A program made the translations under genes and the position numbers. Of a stretch of DNA of 64,000 nt, positions 16,883-25,784 are shown piece by piece. Numbering within the stretch: the stretch's first letter is position 1; each line of letters opens with the position of its first letter. The stretch is taken from the NCBI GenBank assembly GCA_035525365.1, contig DATLEK010000092.1, positions 4,641 through 68,640 of the forward strand, in the 5' to 3' direction. The notes below the pieces were generated by a model, which was not told the origin of the DNA, searched no databases, and saw only the letters and a program-made list of their open reading frames with translations. The DNA comes from Acidimicrobiales bacterium (GTDB taxonomy: Bacteria > Actinomycetota > Acidimicrobiia > Acidimicrobiales > GCA-2861595).

Positions 16883-17968
16883 CTAGGCAGGCAGAAGACC
16901 TGCCTGCTGGAGCGCTATGCGGAAGTCATGGGGGTTGGAGGCGGCGGCCATGGCGCTACGCAGGTCGACCAGCCCGTTCTTGAACAGGGCGAACACACTC
17001 TGGTCGAAGGTCTGCATGCCGTAGTACTCGCCGTCGGCGATGATCTCGTCGATGGTGTCGTTGCCTCCCCGCTCGGGGTCGACGATGCGGTCGAATATTC
17101 GGCCGGTCATCACGAGCACCTCGAGGGACGGGATCCTGCCGACCCCGTCACAGCGCTCCAGCAGGCGCTGGCTGATGACTCCCCGGAGCGACGAGGCGAG
17201 GCTCAGTCGTACCTGCTTCTGCTGGAAGGGGGGAAAGAAGTCCACGATGCGGTTCACGGTCTCGACAGCGTTGGTCGTGTGGAGCGTCGAGAGGACGAGG
17301 TGACCCGTCTCAGCCGCGGCCAGGGCGGCCCAGACGGTCTCGGGATCTCGCATCTCGCCGATGAAGATGACGTCAGGATCCTGCCGGAGCACCCGCTTCA
17401 TGGCCATGGCGTAGTCAGCGGTGTCGGTGCCGATCTCCCGTTGGTTGACGATGGCCTTCTTGTCGACGTGAAGCACCTCGATGGGGTCCTCAACCGTCAC
17501 GATGTTGACTGGTCGGGTGTCGTTGATGTGGTCGATCATGGCGGCGATAGTGGTGGTCTTGCCCGACCCGGTGGGCCCTGTCACCAGCACAAGGCCTCGT
17601 TGCTCGTCGGCCAGCCGCCGCACGACTGAAGGGAGCCCGAGCGACTCGAAGGACGGGATGCCCGGGAGAACCCGCCGGAAGACAAGCCCGACAGAGCCCC
17701 TTTGCCGGAAGATGTTCACCCGGAACCGGCCCAGACCGGAGATGCCCAGCGCGAAATCCGCTTCGGCTGTCTTCACGAACTCGTCCGCCCGATCATTCGA
17801 CATGATCGCAAAACCCATCCGTTCAGCATCCTCAGGGGTGACCCGTTCGAAGGAAGTAGCGATCAGCTTCCCGTCGACCCGGACGTGCGGAGGCGAACCC
17901 ACTTTGACGTGGAGGTCCGATCCCTGCTGTTCGACCGTGTAGCGCAGCAACTCATTGAGATCGAGCAT
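16883..17968 (-). CDS. pilT: PilT-family type IV pilus retraction ATPase
   Basis: MLDLNELLRYTVEQQGSDLHVKVGSPP.VRVDG, Walker A GPTGSGKTTT, Asp box/Walker B VIFIGEMRD, and His box LVLSTLHT. It ends 5 nt before the cca start. Confidence 0.85.
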   Translation of the reverse strand: MLDLNELLRYTVEQQGSDLHVKVGSPPHVRVDGKLIATSFERVTPEDAERMGFAIMSNDRADEFVKTAEADFALGISGLGRFRVNIFRQRGSVGLVFRRVLPGIPSFESLGLPSVVRRLADEQRGLVLVTGPTGSGKTTTIAAMIDHINDTRPVNIVTVEDPIEVLHVDKKAIVNQREIGTDTADYAMAMKRVLRQDPDVIFIGEMRDPETVWAALAAAETGHLVLSTLHTTNAVETVNRIVDFFPPFQQKQVRLSLASSLRGVISQRLLERCDGVGRIPSLEVLVMTGRIFDRIVDPERGGNDTIDEIIADGEYYGMQTFDQSVFALFKNGLVDLRSAMAAASNPHDFRIALQQAGLLPA

Positions 17969-18016
17969 TGGGACATTCTCCTACACCGAGGGCACCCGTT
18001 CTGTCGATCCTGCCGA

Positions 18017-18790
18017 ATGGCCTCCTTGGGCTCGGCACGCCTGTCCGGGTCGGCGGTTTGTAGTGTCGGGGATGTTGTGAGACGCGGTGGCACAGATGTC
18101 CTGCGGTCCGGGCGCGAGAGTTTGCGGACGGGGCCGTGGCGGGGTGACGCCGAGGTGGCATGCCTGAGCCCCCTCCCCGACGCGCCCGCGCCATCGGCAC
18201 CGTTCGTTCGCCAGTGCCTGGAGCAGCTGTCAGCCCGTGGTTTCTCGAGGGTGGTCACGACTGCTCTGTCTGAGCCTGAGCAGGTCGGATTTCTCGATGC
18301 CGGCTTCTGCATCGAGGAGAACCTGCACCTGCTGGTGCACGACCTGAGGCGGTTACCCGCCGCCGTGCAGGCACCACTCCGCAGAGCTGGCCACTCCGAC
18401 CGTCGCTCGGTACTCCAGGTTGACGCCCAGGCCTTCCCCCCGTTCTGGCGGATCGACGAGCAGGGGTTGTCCGACGCCTTGGCCGCCACGCCCCGCAACA
18501 GGTTCCGCGTGGCATCAGGCGAGACCGGCGTAACCGCCTACGCCATCACCGGGCGCGCCGGGCGACGGGGGTTTCTCCAGCGGCTCGCCGTTCATCCCGA
18601 ACTTCAGCACAGGGGGCTCGGCCGGGCTTTGGCCACTGACGCGCTGCACTGGCTCCGCAGGTGGCGCGTCGATCGGGCGGTGGTCAACACCCAGCTCGAC
18701 AACATCCGCGCCCTCAGGCTCTACGAGAGCCTCGGCTTCCGCCGTGAAGGCACCTGCTTGTCGGTTCTCAGCCGGGGCCTCGACAGATGA
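18017..18790 (+). CDS. GNAT-family N-acetyltransferase
   Basis: Acetyl-CoA motif LQRLAVHPELQHRGLGRALATDAL and C-terminal ALRLYESLGFRRE. ATG at 18017 is the first start clear of pilT, but the start is uncertain. Confidence 0.6.
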   Translation: MASLGSARLSGSAVCSVGDVVRRGGTDVLRSGRESLRTGPWRGDAEVACLSPLPDAPAPSAPFVRQCLEQLSARGFSRVVTTALSEPEQVGFLDAGFCIEENLHLLVHDLRRLPAAVQAPLRRAGHSDRRSVLQVDAQAFPPFWRIDEQGLSDALAATPRNRFRVASGETGVTAYAITGRAGRRGFLQRLAVHPELQHRGLGRALATDALHWLRRWRVDRAVVNTQLDNIRALRLYESLGFRREGTCLSVLSRGLDR

Positions 18791-20802
18791 GCCACATGAG
18801 GTGGCCGAATGTGTTCATGGCCGCATCCGTCATCGCGGCAGCGGTTGCGGTGTCCAACTCGACACCTGTGGTGCTCGCCGGGCCGGCGCACGTCGCTTTT
18901 CCGAAAGCAACTGCGGCGCCTGACGACCGCCTTCAACTTGCTTCGCAGACCTCGTGGGTCGGCCCGGGTGGGGAGCTCGTCCTTCGACTCGGTGTGATCA
19001 CGACGAAGCCTCCTCAGGAGGTCGAGCTGGCCGTCGCCGTCTACCGGCGCGTCATGAGCCGGACGGAGTTCGCCCAGACCCTGGAGGGGCGTCTGCGGGG
19101 CGTTCCTCTCACGGTCACTCCGCCGACACCACTCTCCGATCTCGCCACCGATGCGGCCGGCGCGGTAGTGGTGCGCCTGGCCCTCCAGGATCCCACCCAG
19201 CCGCCAGATCGGCTTCGCTTGCGGCTCGGAGAGGAGGGTGTGTACCCGGTTCGGGTCGAGGTTCGAAACGCCGGTGGCGGTCCTCCACTGGCCACCCTCG
19301 TGACGCACATGGTGTACACGACTCCCCCGAAGGAAGGCGGGTTCGCCCTGAGAGTCGCCCTGGTGCTCCCGGTCCACGCCCCGCCCGCCCTCCAGCCTGG
19401 GGGGAAGAGAGTTCTCGCCTTACCGGAGGTCGAGGCGCTCGGCCAGCTGATCGGGGCCATCCAGGCCTACCCGCTGGTGCCCCTCACTCTCCTCCCCACC
19501 CCTGAGACACTCGACGCGCTCGAGGCGAGCGCCAGGAACGAAGATCCTGAGACCCTCACCAACCTCGGGGCCAGCACAGACGGCCGCCAAGTCGTGGGCG
19601 GTACGTACGTGCCCGTGGACTTACGGGATTTCACTGAGCGGCTGCGAACCGAAAGAACGGCCCAGCTCGACCGCGGCACCCGGGCCATCGAGCGGGCCCT
19701 GGGTACACGCGTGGACACTCGCACCTGGGTGGCAGCCGAGCCGCTCGATGAAAATGCCGTTCTACAACTCCGACAGCACCAGGTTGATCGTCTGGTGGTG
19801 CCAGAGATCGCCATGGAGCCGGTGGATCTCGACCTGACCCTGGCCCAGCCTTTTGACCTGGAGGTGCGCTCCTTGAGCCGGCCGAGGGTTCTGGCTGCAG
19901 ACCGGACCCTCAGCTCCCATTTTGCCAAGTCCGATGATCCCGTCCTCGCCGCCCATCGCCTGCTGGCTGATCTCGCCGTGGTCTATGGCGACAGCCCCAG
20001 CAGGTCTCGCGTGGTCGTCGCCATGGCTCCACGGTCATGGCGACCCTCCAGGGCTTTCCTGGACGCCCTCCTGGCCGGCATCTCCACCAGCTCGATCCTC
20101 GGCGGATCCACCCTCGACACCGGCTTCACCGACGTGCAGCCCGCGACATCACGACCAAATGTTCCTCTGGTACGCCAGCTCCTGCCGTCCCCGAATGCGG
20201 GCCTGTTGCCGGCTGACGCGATCAGCCTGGCCCGGAACCGCCTGACGGGGTTCTCCAGCATCATCGACTCCACCAATCCGTTGGACGACGCTCTCGAGGA
20301 GCTCGTCCTGGTGGCGCAGGGAGTCGAACTCCGGCCCGCTCGCCGCGCCGCCTATCTCGATGGCGTCGCCTCGGCCATCGATGACCAGATCGGGCTGATC
20401 CAGGTGCCGCCGAACCGATCGATCACCCTCACGGCGCGCACCGGGGAGATCCCGGTCACCATTCTCAGCCGGGCTCCCTACCCCGTCCACCTGAAGCTGG
20501 AGGTGGAGAGCGAGAAGCTCGAGTTCCCCAGGGGGGCCAGCCGTGAGGTCAGCCTGTCGAGACGGAACACAACAGAGCGATTCTCGGTTCGCGCTCGGAC
20601 CTCGGGAACATTTCCTCTCAGGATGCGGCTAATTTCTCCGGACGGAACCATGGTTCTCGGTCGCAGCCGGTTCACCGTACGATCGACCGCCGCCTCCGGC
20701 GTGGGCATCTTGTTGTCGGCGGGCGCGGGTGTGTTCCTGCTGCTGTGGTGGGTCCGCCACCATGCCCGGGGCAGGCGTAACCGTCGCCTGGTCCCGGTGT
20801 GA
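18787..20802 (+). CDS. DUF6049-like secreted/membrane-anchored protein (Rv3909 positional analogue)
   Basis: N-terminal signal-like segment and C-terminal TM GVGILLSAGAGVFLLLWWV followed by a basic tail. Sits immediately upstream of murJ and overlaps it (GTGA). The family assignment rests on position and architecture. Confidence 0.55.
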   Translation: MSHMRWPNVFMAASVIAAAVAVSNSTPVVLAGPAHVAFPKATAAPDDRLQLASQTSWVGPGGELVLRLGVITTKPPQEVELAVAVYRRVMSRTEFAQTLEGRLRGVPLTVTPPTPLSDLATDAAGAVVVRLALQDPTQPPDRLRLRLGEEGVYPVRVEVRNAGGGPPLATLVTHMVYTTPPKEGGFALRVALVLPVHAPPALQPGGKRVLALPEVEALGQLIGAIQAYPLVPLTLLPTPETLDALEASARNEDPETLTNLGASTDGRQVVGGTYVPVDLRDFTERLRTERTAQLDRGTRAIERALGTRVDTRTWVAAEPLDENAVLQLRQHQVDRLVVPEIAMEPVDLDLTLAQPFDLEVRSLSRPRVLAADRTLSSHFAKSDDPVLAAHRLLADLAVVYGDSPSRSRVVVAMAPRSWRPSRAFLDALLAGISTSSILGGSTLDTGFTDVQPATSRPNVPLVRQLLPSPNAGLLPADAISLARNRLTGFSSIIDSTNPLDDALEELVLVAQGVELRPARRAAYLDGVASAIDDQIGLIQVPPNRSITLTARTGEIPVTILSRAPYPVHLKLEVESEKLEFPRGASREVSLSRRNTTERFSVRARTSGTFPLRMRLISPDGTMVLGRSRFTVRSTAASGVGILLSAGAGVFLLLWWVRHHARGRRNRRLVPV

Positions 20803-22397
20803 CCGTCGATCCGCAGCAGCCCCGGGATCCCTCCTCGAGCCTCGCCCGCAACACGGCGATCATGGCGGTTGGGACACTGCTGTCGCGGATCACTGGTTTC
20901 GGCCGTCTCTTCGCCCTCGCCTATGCACTCGGTTTCACCCGCCTCACCGACACCTACAACCTGGCCAACGTCACGCCCAACATCGTCTTCGAGCTGGTCC
21001 TCGGGGGAGTCTTGTCGGCCACACTCGTCCCGGTCTTCGTGTCCCGGTTGTCCACCGAGAAGGACGAGGATGAGGCTTGGCGGGGCATCTCGGCTGTGGT
21101 TTCGGCAACTGCTGTCGTTCTGCTTGTCGTCACGGTGCTGTTCTTCGTGTTGGCTCCGCTGCTAATCCGTCTCTACACCGTCGGAAACCACGGTGCCTCA
21201 GCCGACCAGCAACGCGCCGTTGCGACCAGTCTGCTGCGCATGTTCGCCCCCCAAGTGGCCTTCTACGGCATGCTCACCGTGACCACGGCGCTGCTGCAGG
21301 CACGGCGACGGTTCGCGGTGCCGATGTTCGCCCCCGTGCTGAACAACCTGATCGTGATAGTCGTGCTCCTTGCGCTGCCTCACGTGGCTGACGATGTCAG
21401 CCTCTCCGGTGTAGGAGGCGATGCTGGCGCGCGAACGCTCCTCGGTTTCGGCACGACCGCCGGCGTAGCCGTGATGGCTCTGGTCCAGCTCCCGGCTCTG
21501 TGGCGGGCCAAGGTGCGTCTGCGCTTCGTATGGGAACCGCGACACCCCGCCGTGACGACTGTTTTGCGACTGTCGGGCTGGACCTTCGGCCTCGTGGCCG
21601 CCAACCAGATCGCTCTTGCCGTCGTGCTCATTCTCGCCAACAGCCGCTCCGGAGATGTCGCCGCCTACCAGGCGGCGCAGGTCTTTTTTCTCTTGCCCTT
21701 TGGCATCTTCGCGGTGTCGGTGATGAGCGCCATGCTCCCGGACATGTCGGAGCGCTGGTCTGTAGGCGACATGCAGGGACTTTGCCAGCGGGTTGACCTT
21801 GGCCTTCGCACGGTCGCCGCAGTGCTCGTCCCCGCAGCAGTGGGCTACCTGTGCCTGTCCCGCCCGATCGTCAGCCTGGTCCTGGATCACGGCGCGCTGC
21901 GGGCAAGCTCCGCGGAGACCACGGCCGATGTGCTGGGTCTTCTCGCACTGGGTCTGCCGGCCTACGCCAGCTATCTGTTCTTCATGAGGACCTATCAATC
22001 CATGCAGGACACACGATCGATGTTCTTCCTCTACCTGGTGGAGAACGCTTTGAACATCGTGCTCGCCTTCGCTCTCCACCCGACTCTCGGCGTGCAGGGC
22101 CTCGCTCTCGCCCACGCTCTCGCCTACATCGGCGGCAGCATCGTCGCTCTGCTGCATCTCCACCGCCGCACCGGAGGCATCGCCACCTCTGCCTCGGCTC
22201 GGGCATGGCTGCGAATCGCCGGCGCCAGCGCGGTCATGGCCGGTGCCGTCCTGGCCTCCGCCGCCACGGTGACACCCGCGGCGACAAAGGTCGGGGTGGG
22301 GGTGGCGGCCGGTGTTAGCGTGTACCTTGTGGCCGCCCGGATCCTGGGCGTCCAAGAGCTATCGATGCTCCTGCGCAACCGGAGGCCCCCTGCGTGA
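20799..22397 (+). CDS. murJ: Lipid II flippase MurJ (MviN), flippase domain only
   Basis: ARNTAIMAVGTLLSRITGFGRLFALAYALG......YNLANVTPNIVFELVLGGVLSATLVPVF, with about 14 hydrophobic segments over 532 aa. Confidence 0.9.
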   Translation: MTVDPQQPRDPSSSLARNTAIMAVGTLLSRITGFGRLFALAYALGFTRLTDTYNLANVTPNIVFELVLGGVLSATLVPVFVSRLSTEKDEDEAWRGISAVVSATAVVLLVVTVLFFVLAPLLIRLYTVGNHGASADQQRAVATSLLRMFAPQVAFYGMLTVTTALLQARRRFAVPMFAPVLNNLIVIVVLLALPHVADDVSLSGVGGDAGARTLLGFGTTAGVAVMALVQLPALWRAKVRLRFVWEPRHPAVTTVLRLSGWTFGLVAANQIALAVVLILANSRSGDVAAYQAAQVFFLLPFGIFAVSVMSAMLPDMSERWSVGDMQGLCQRVDLGLRTVAAVLVPAAVGYLCLSRPIVSLVLDHGALRASSAETTADVLGLLALGLPAYASYLFFMRTYQSMQDTRSMFFLYLVENALNIVLAFALHPTLGVQGLALAHALAYIGGSIVALLHLHRRTGGIATSASARAWLRIAGASAVMAGAVLASAATVTPAATKVGVGVAAGVSVYLVAARILGVQELSMLLRNRRPPA

Positions 22398-22753
22398 TCA
22401 CTGGCTGGTTGTTGAAGGTGGTGCTGGCCATCGCCCTGGTTGGCTCCCTCGCCGTCGAACTGGGTGCTCCCCTGGTCACCCGGGCGCAGCTCGACGATCT
22501 CGCCCACGACGCCGCTGACAACGCATCGCTCGAGATCTTGAGTTCCCGGAACGTGGAAGCGGCCAAGGCCGTGGCTGCAGAGATCCTCAACGACAAGAGC
22601 GCAGAACTCAAGGAGTTCTCGGTGGATGAACAGGGTGAGGTCAGCCTCACTGCCGAGCGCGAAGCGCGGTCGTTCCTCCTGAAGAAATGGGACAGGACCA
22701 AGAGCTGGTACCTGGTCAAGGTCAAGGTCACCAGCGACAAGAAGTCCACATGA
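22394..22753 (+). CDS. Hypothetical membrane-anchored protein (119 aa)
   Basis: GTG overlaps the murJ stop and the ORF's stop overlaps the degV start. One N-terminal TM (LLKVVLAIALVGSLAV), then a charged, Lys-rich soluble part. Confidence 0.5.
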   Translation: MITGWLLKVVLAIALVGSLAVELGAPLVTRAQLDDLAHDAADNASLEILSSRNVEAAKAVAAEILNDKSAELKEFSVDEQGEVSLTAEREARSFLLKKWDRTKSWYLVKVKVTSDKKST

Positions 22754-23604
22754 GCCCGGGTGCTGTCCGCGTCGTGACCGACAGCGCTTGCGATCTCTCC
22801 CTGGAGATGGCGAGTGAGCATGGCGTGGAGGTCGTCCCTCTCACGGTGCGCTTCGGCGCCGACGAGTTCGTTGACCGAATCGACCTTTCGCCGGCACAGT
22901 TCTGGGGCCGCCTTTCCGCGTCCACCGTTCTTCCGGAGACCGCCGCTCCCTCACCTGGTGCCTTCGAGGCGGTTTTTCTCGCCGCAGCCGAAGCAGGGGC
23001 CGCGGGTGTGGCGTGTGTGACGATCTCCTCAGCCCTGTCGGCCACCTACCAGGCCGCGCAGTTGGCAGCTCAGAACGTCGTCGGCACGATTTCCGTGGAG
23101 GTGATCGATTCCCGTGCCGTAACGATGGCCCAGGGGAACGTGGTCCTGCAGGCTGCCCGCCGCGCCGCCAGCGGCGGGACCCTCGATGAGGTCGTCGCTG
23201 CCGCACGCGAAATCGTGCCTCGTACTCGGACGTTCGCCGCTCTCGACACCCTGGAGAACCTGAAGAAGGGGGGGCGCATCGGCAGTGCCCAGGCTCTGCT
23301 CGGGTCCGTGCTGTCTATCAAGCCGATCATCAAGGTGGAGGGCGGCAAAGTAGAACCCGAATCCCGCCAGCGCACACGGGCACGTTCCTTTCGGTATCTG
23401 GCGGAAAAGGTGCGCGAGGCGTTGCCCGTTGCTGACGTGGCGGTGATGCACGGAGCCGCCGGCGATGTCGGGGTCCTCATCGACCTGTTGGCGGAACTCC
23501 ATCCTCGGGATCAGATCCTGGTCGGAGACGTCGGCGCGGTTATTGGGACGCACGCCGGGCCCGGAGTCGTCGGTGTCACCTTCACGGTCTCAGACAGGAA
23601 ATAG
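22750..23604 (+). CDS. DegV-family fatty-acid-binding protein
   Basis: VRVVTDSACDL......VVPLTV.F......D....F, ...TAAPSPG.F, ...SSALSATYQAA, LENLKKGGRIG. Confidence 0.85.
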   Translation: MSPGAVRVVTDSACDLSLEMASEHGVEVVPLTVRFGADEFVDRIDLSPAQFWGRLSASTVLPETAAPSPGAFEAVFLAAAEAGAAGVACVTISSALSATYQAAQLAAQNVVGTISVEVIDSRAVTMAQGNVVLQAARRAASGGTLDEVVAAAREIVPRTRTFAALDTLENLKKGGRIGSAQALLGSVLSIKPIIKVEGGKVEPESRQRTRARSFRYLAEKVREALPVADVAVMHGAAGDVGVLIDLLAELHPRDQILVGDVGAVIGTHAGPGVVGVTFTVSDRK

Positions 23605-23636
23605 CCGGCCGTCACCACTGGGTACTGTGGGGGGGC

Positions 23637-25172
23637 GTGCCCGATCCGATCCCGCTACTGGCCGATCGAGTGCTTCTTGGGCGCTATCGGATGGTGCGGG
23701 CGATAGCACGCGGTGGGATGGCCGAGGTCTGGGAGGGCCACGACGAGGTGTTGGCCCGCCCGGTCGCCGTCAAGATCCTCCATCCCCACCTGGCGGCCGA
23801 CCAGGGGTTCGTGGAGCGGTTCCGCCGTGAGGCGGTTTCGGCTGCAAAGTTGGCTCATGCCGGCATCGTGGCCACGTTCGACACCGGGACTGACGGAAAT
23901 GTGGCCTTCATCGTCATGGAGCTCGTCCGTGGTGAGACGTTGCGCCGCACCATGGAGCAAGCCGGCCGCTTGCCACCTCCTATGGCGGTGACGATTGCCG
24001 CCGCGGTGGCTGATGCGCTCGACCATGCCCACCGAGCAGGGCTCGTGCACCGGGATATCAAGCCGGCGAACATCCTGCTGCCGGAGCACGACGGCTCCAC
24101 CGGACCTTTGCTGAGGGTGAAGGTCGCCGATTTCGGTATCGCCAAGCTCCAGTCGGCCTCGGGCGCCAGCGATCTCACGCAGACCGGCGCCATCGTGGGC
24201 ACGGCCAAATACCTGTCACCCGAGCAGGTCCAGGGTCTTGCGCCCGACGCCCGATCCGACGAGTACGCCCTCGGAGTCATGCTCTACGAGATGTTGTGTG
24301 GACGCCCGCCTTATGTGGGTGACACCGAGCTGGCCACTGCGCTGCAACATGTGCGGGGAGAGCTGCTCGCGCCGCGCCAGCTCGATCCTTCAATCCCCCG
24401 TTCGCTGGAGGCGGTGGTGATGCGGGCGATGGCCAAGGATCCAGACAACCGATATCCATCGGTGGCAGATTTTCGATCGGCCCTGCTCGCCCTTGACCTG
24501 GTCGAGGCAACCGGAGTCATAGAGGACGGCGGGTCTTTCGCCGATGACGCCGTTCCCGCCATCGTACGAGACCCGACCCCGCCGGCGGGAGAGCCGGCCT
24601 TGGCCCGGTCCAGGGACCGCAAAGTCGCCCCGGTCGCGTTCGTAGCCGCGGTCATCGTGGTCGCCCTCGTCGCCGCCGCAGTGCTCCTTCAGGGCGGTGA
24701 CGAGACGACTGGCAGGGCGCGGTCCCAGACAGCCGAGGCGCGGCCTGCGGTGACCATCTCATCGGTCCGATCCTTCGATCCCGAGGGGAGCGACGGCGAA
24801 GAGAACGAGGCGGACGTGGCCAGGGCCTACGACGGGCACGCACAGACGGTGTGGCGATCGGACCGGTACAACTCGCGTTCCTTCGGCGGTCTCAAACGGG
24901 GCGTAGGCCTGGTGCTGGACCTCGATGATCCCAGAGTCATAAACCGGCTGGTCGTCCGCTCCACGAGCTCTCAGTGGTCGGCCTCGGTTTACGTGGCCCC
25001 GCGGGCTGGCGAACAGCTCGAAGAGTGGGGAGCGCCGGTGGCCACCCGGCGCGGGATCGACGGTGACACGACTTTCGACATCAGAGGAAAGCGTGCCGGA
25101 GCGGTGCTGCTCTGGATCACTGATCCGGGGACCGAACGGCGCATAGCGGTTGCCGAGCTCGTCCTGTCCTGA
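23637..25172 (+). CDS. Transmembrane Ser/Thr protein kinase with C-terminal extracellular domain
   Basis: Catalytic motifs all present: ARGGMAEV, VAVKIL, RFRREA, HRDIKPANILL, VADFGIAK, GTAKYLSPEQ. One TM (VAPVAFVAAVIVVALVAAAVLL). The roughly 150-aa C-terminal domain (AYDGHAQTVWRSDRY...LLWITD) looks like a discoidin/CBM-type beta-sandwich. Confidence 0.85.
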   Translation: MPDPIPLLADRVLLGRYRMVRAIARGGMAEVWEGHDEVLARPVAVKILHPHLAADQGFVERFRREAVSAAKLAHAGIVATFDTGTDGNVAFIVMELVRGETLRRTMEQAGRLPPPMAVTIAAAVADALDHAHRAGLVHRDIKPANILLPEHDGSTGPLLRVKVADFGIAKLQSASGASDLTQTGAIVGTAKYLSPEQVQGLAPDARSDEYALGVMLYEMLCGRPPYVGDTELATALQHVRGELLAPRQLDPSIPRSLEAVVMRAMAKDPDNRYPSVADFRSALLALDLVEATGVIEDGGSFADDAVPAIVRDPTPPAGEPALARSRDRKVAPVAFVAAVIVVALVAAAVLLQGGDETTGRARSQTAEARPAVTISSVRSFDPEGSDGEENEADVARAYDGHAQTVWRSDRYNSRSFGGLKRGVGLVLDLDDPRVINRLVVRSTSSQWSASVYVAPRAGEQLEEWGAPVATRRGIDGDTTFDIRGKRAGAVLLWITDPGTERRIAVAELVLS

Positions 25173-25232
25173 GCATCGGCCTCGCTACGCTGGGCCATCG
25201 ACGAGGTTCTTGGCCTAGATGACGAGGAGCTG

Positions 25233-25784
25233 GTGCATTCGGCGGCCCGGGGAGATGTTGCCGCCCTCGATGAACTGCTTCGCCGCCACTACGGCCGGGT
25301 GTTCGCGCTCTGCAGGCGGATGGCCGGGAACGAGGCTGACGCTGCCGACGCCGCTCAGGAGGCTCTGATCGCCATCGCCCGCGGCTTGTGCGGTGGACGC
25401 TTCGATGGCAGGGCCCAGTTCACTACATGGGCCCACCGGGTCACTGTCAACTCGTGCCTGGACGAGCTGCGGCGGAGAAAGCGGCGTCCTGATGCTTTTG
25501 AGGAGCTGGACCTCCATGGAGACCTTTCCTCCATGCGTCCAGCGATGGCTGATGCCATAGCTGATCGTCTCGACGTCGACGCCGCTCTGGCTCGTCTTCC
25601 ACTCGACTTTCGTGCCGCGGTGGTGCTCCGGGACCTCTGCGACCTCGACTACGCCACCATCGGGGAAATCCTCGGCATTCCACCCGGGACGGTGCGGTCA
25701 AGGATCGCCAGGGGCCGGGCCGCCCTGGTCCCGTTGCTCGGGAACCCCGGCACTACCCCCCGTCGTCCAACTTCTACGCCATGA
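25233..25784 (+). CDS. ECF (group IV) sigma-70 factor, SigM-like by position
   Basis: Region 2 (EADAADAAQEALIAIARGL....F.TWAHRVTVNSCLDELRRRKRRP) and region 4 (VVLRDLCDLDYATIGEILGIPPGTVRSRIARGR). The exact start is uncertain. Confidence 0.85.
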   Translation: MHSAARGDVAALDELLRRHYGRVFALCRRMAGNEADAADAAQEALIAIARGLCGGRFDGRAQFTTWAHRVTVNSCLDELRRRKRRPDAFEELDLHGDLSSMRPAMADAIADRLDVDAALARLPLDFRAAVVLRDLCDLDYATIGEILGIPPGTVRSRIARGRAALVPLLGNPGTTPRRPTSTP

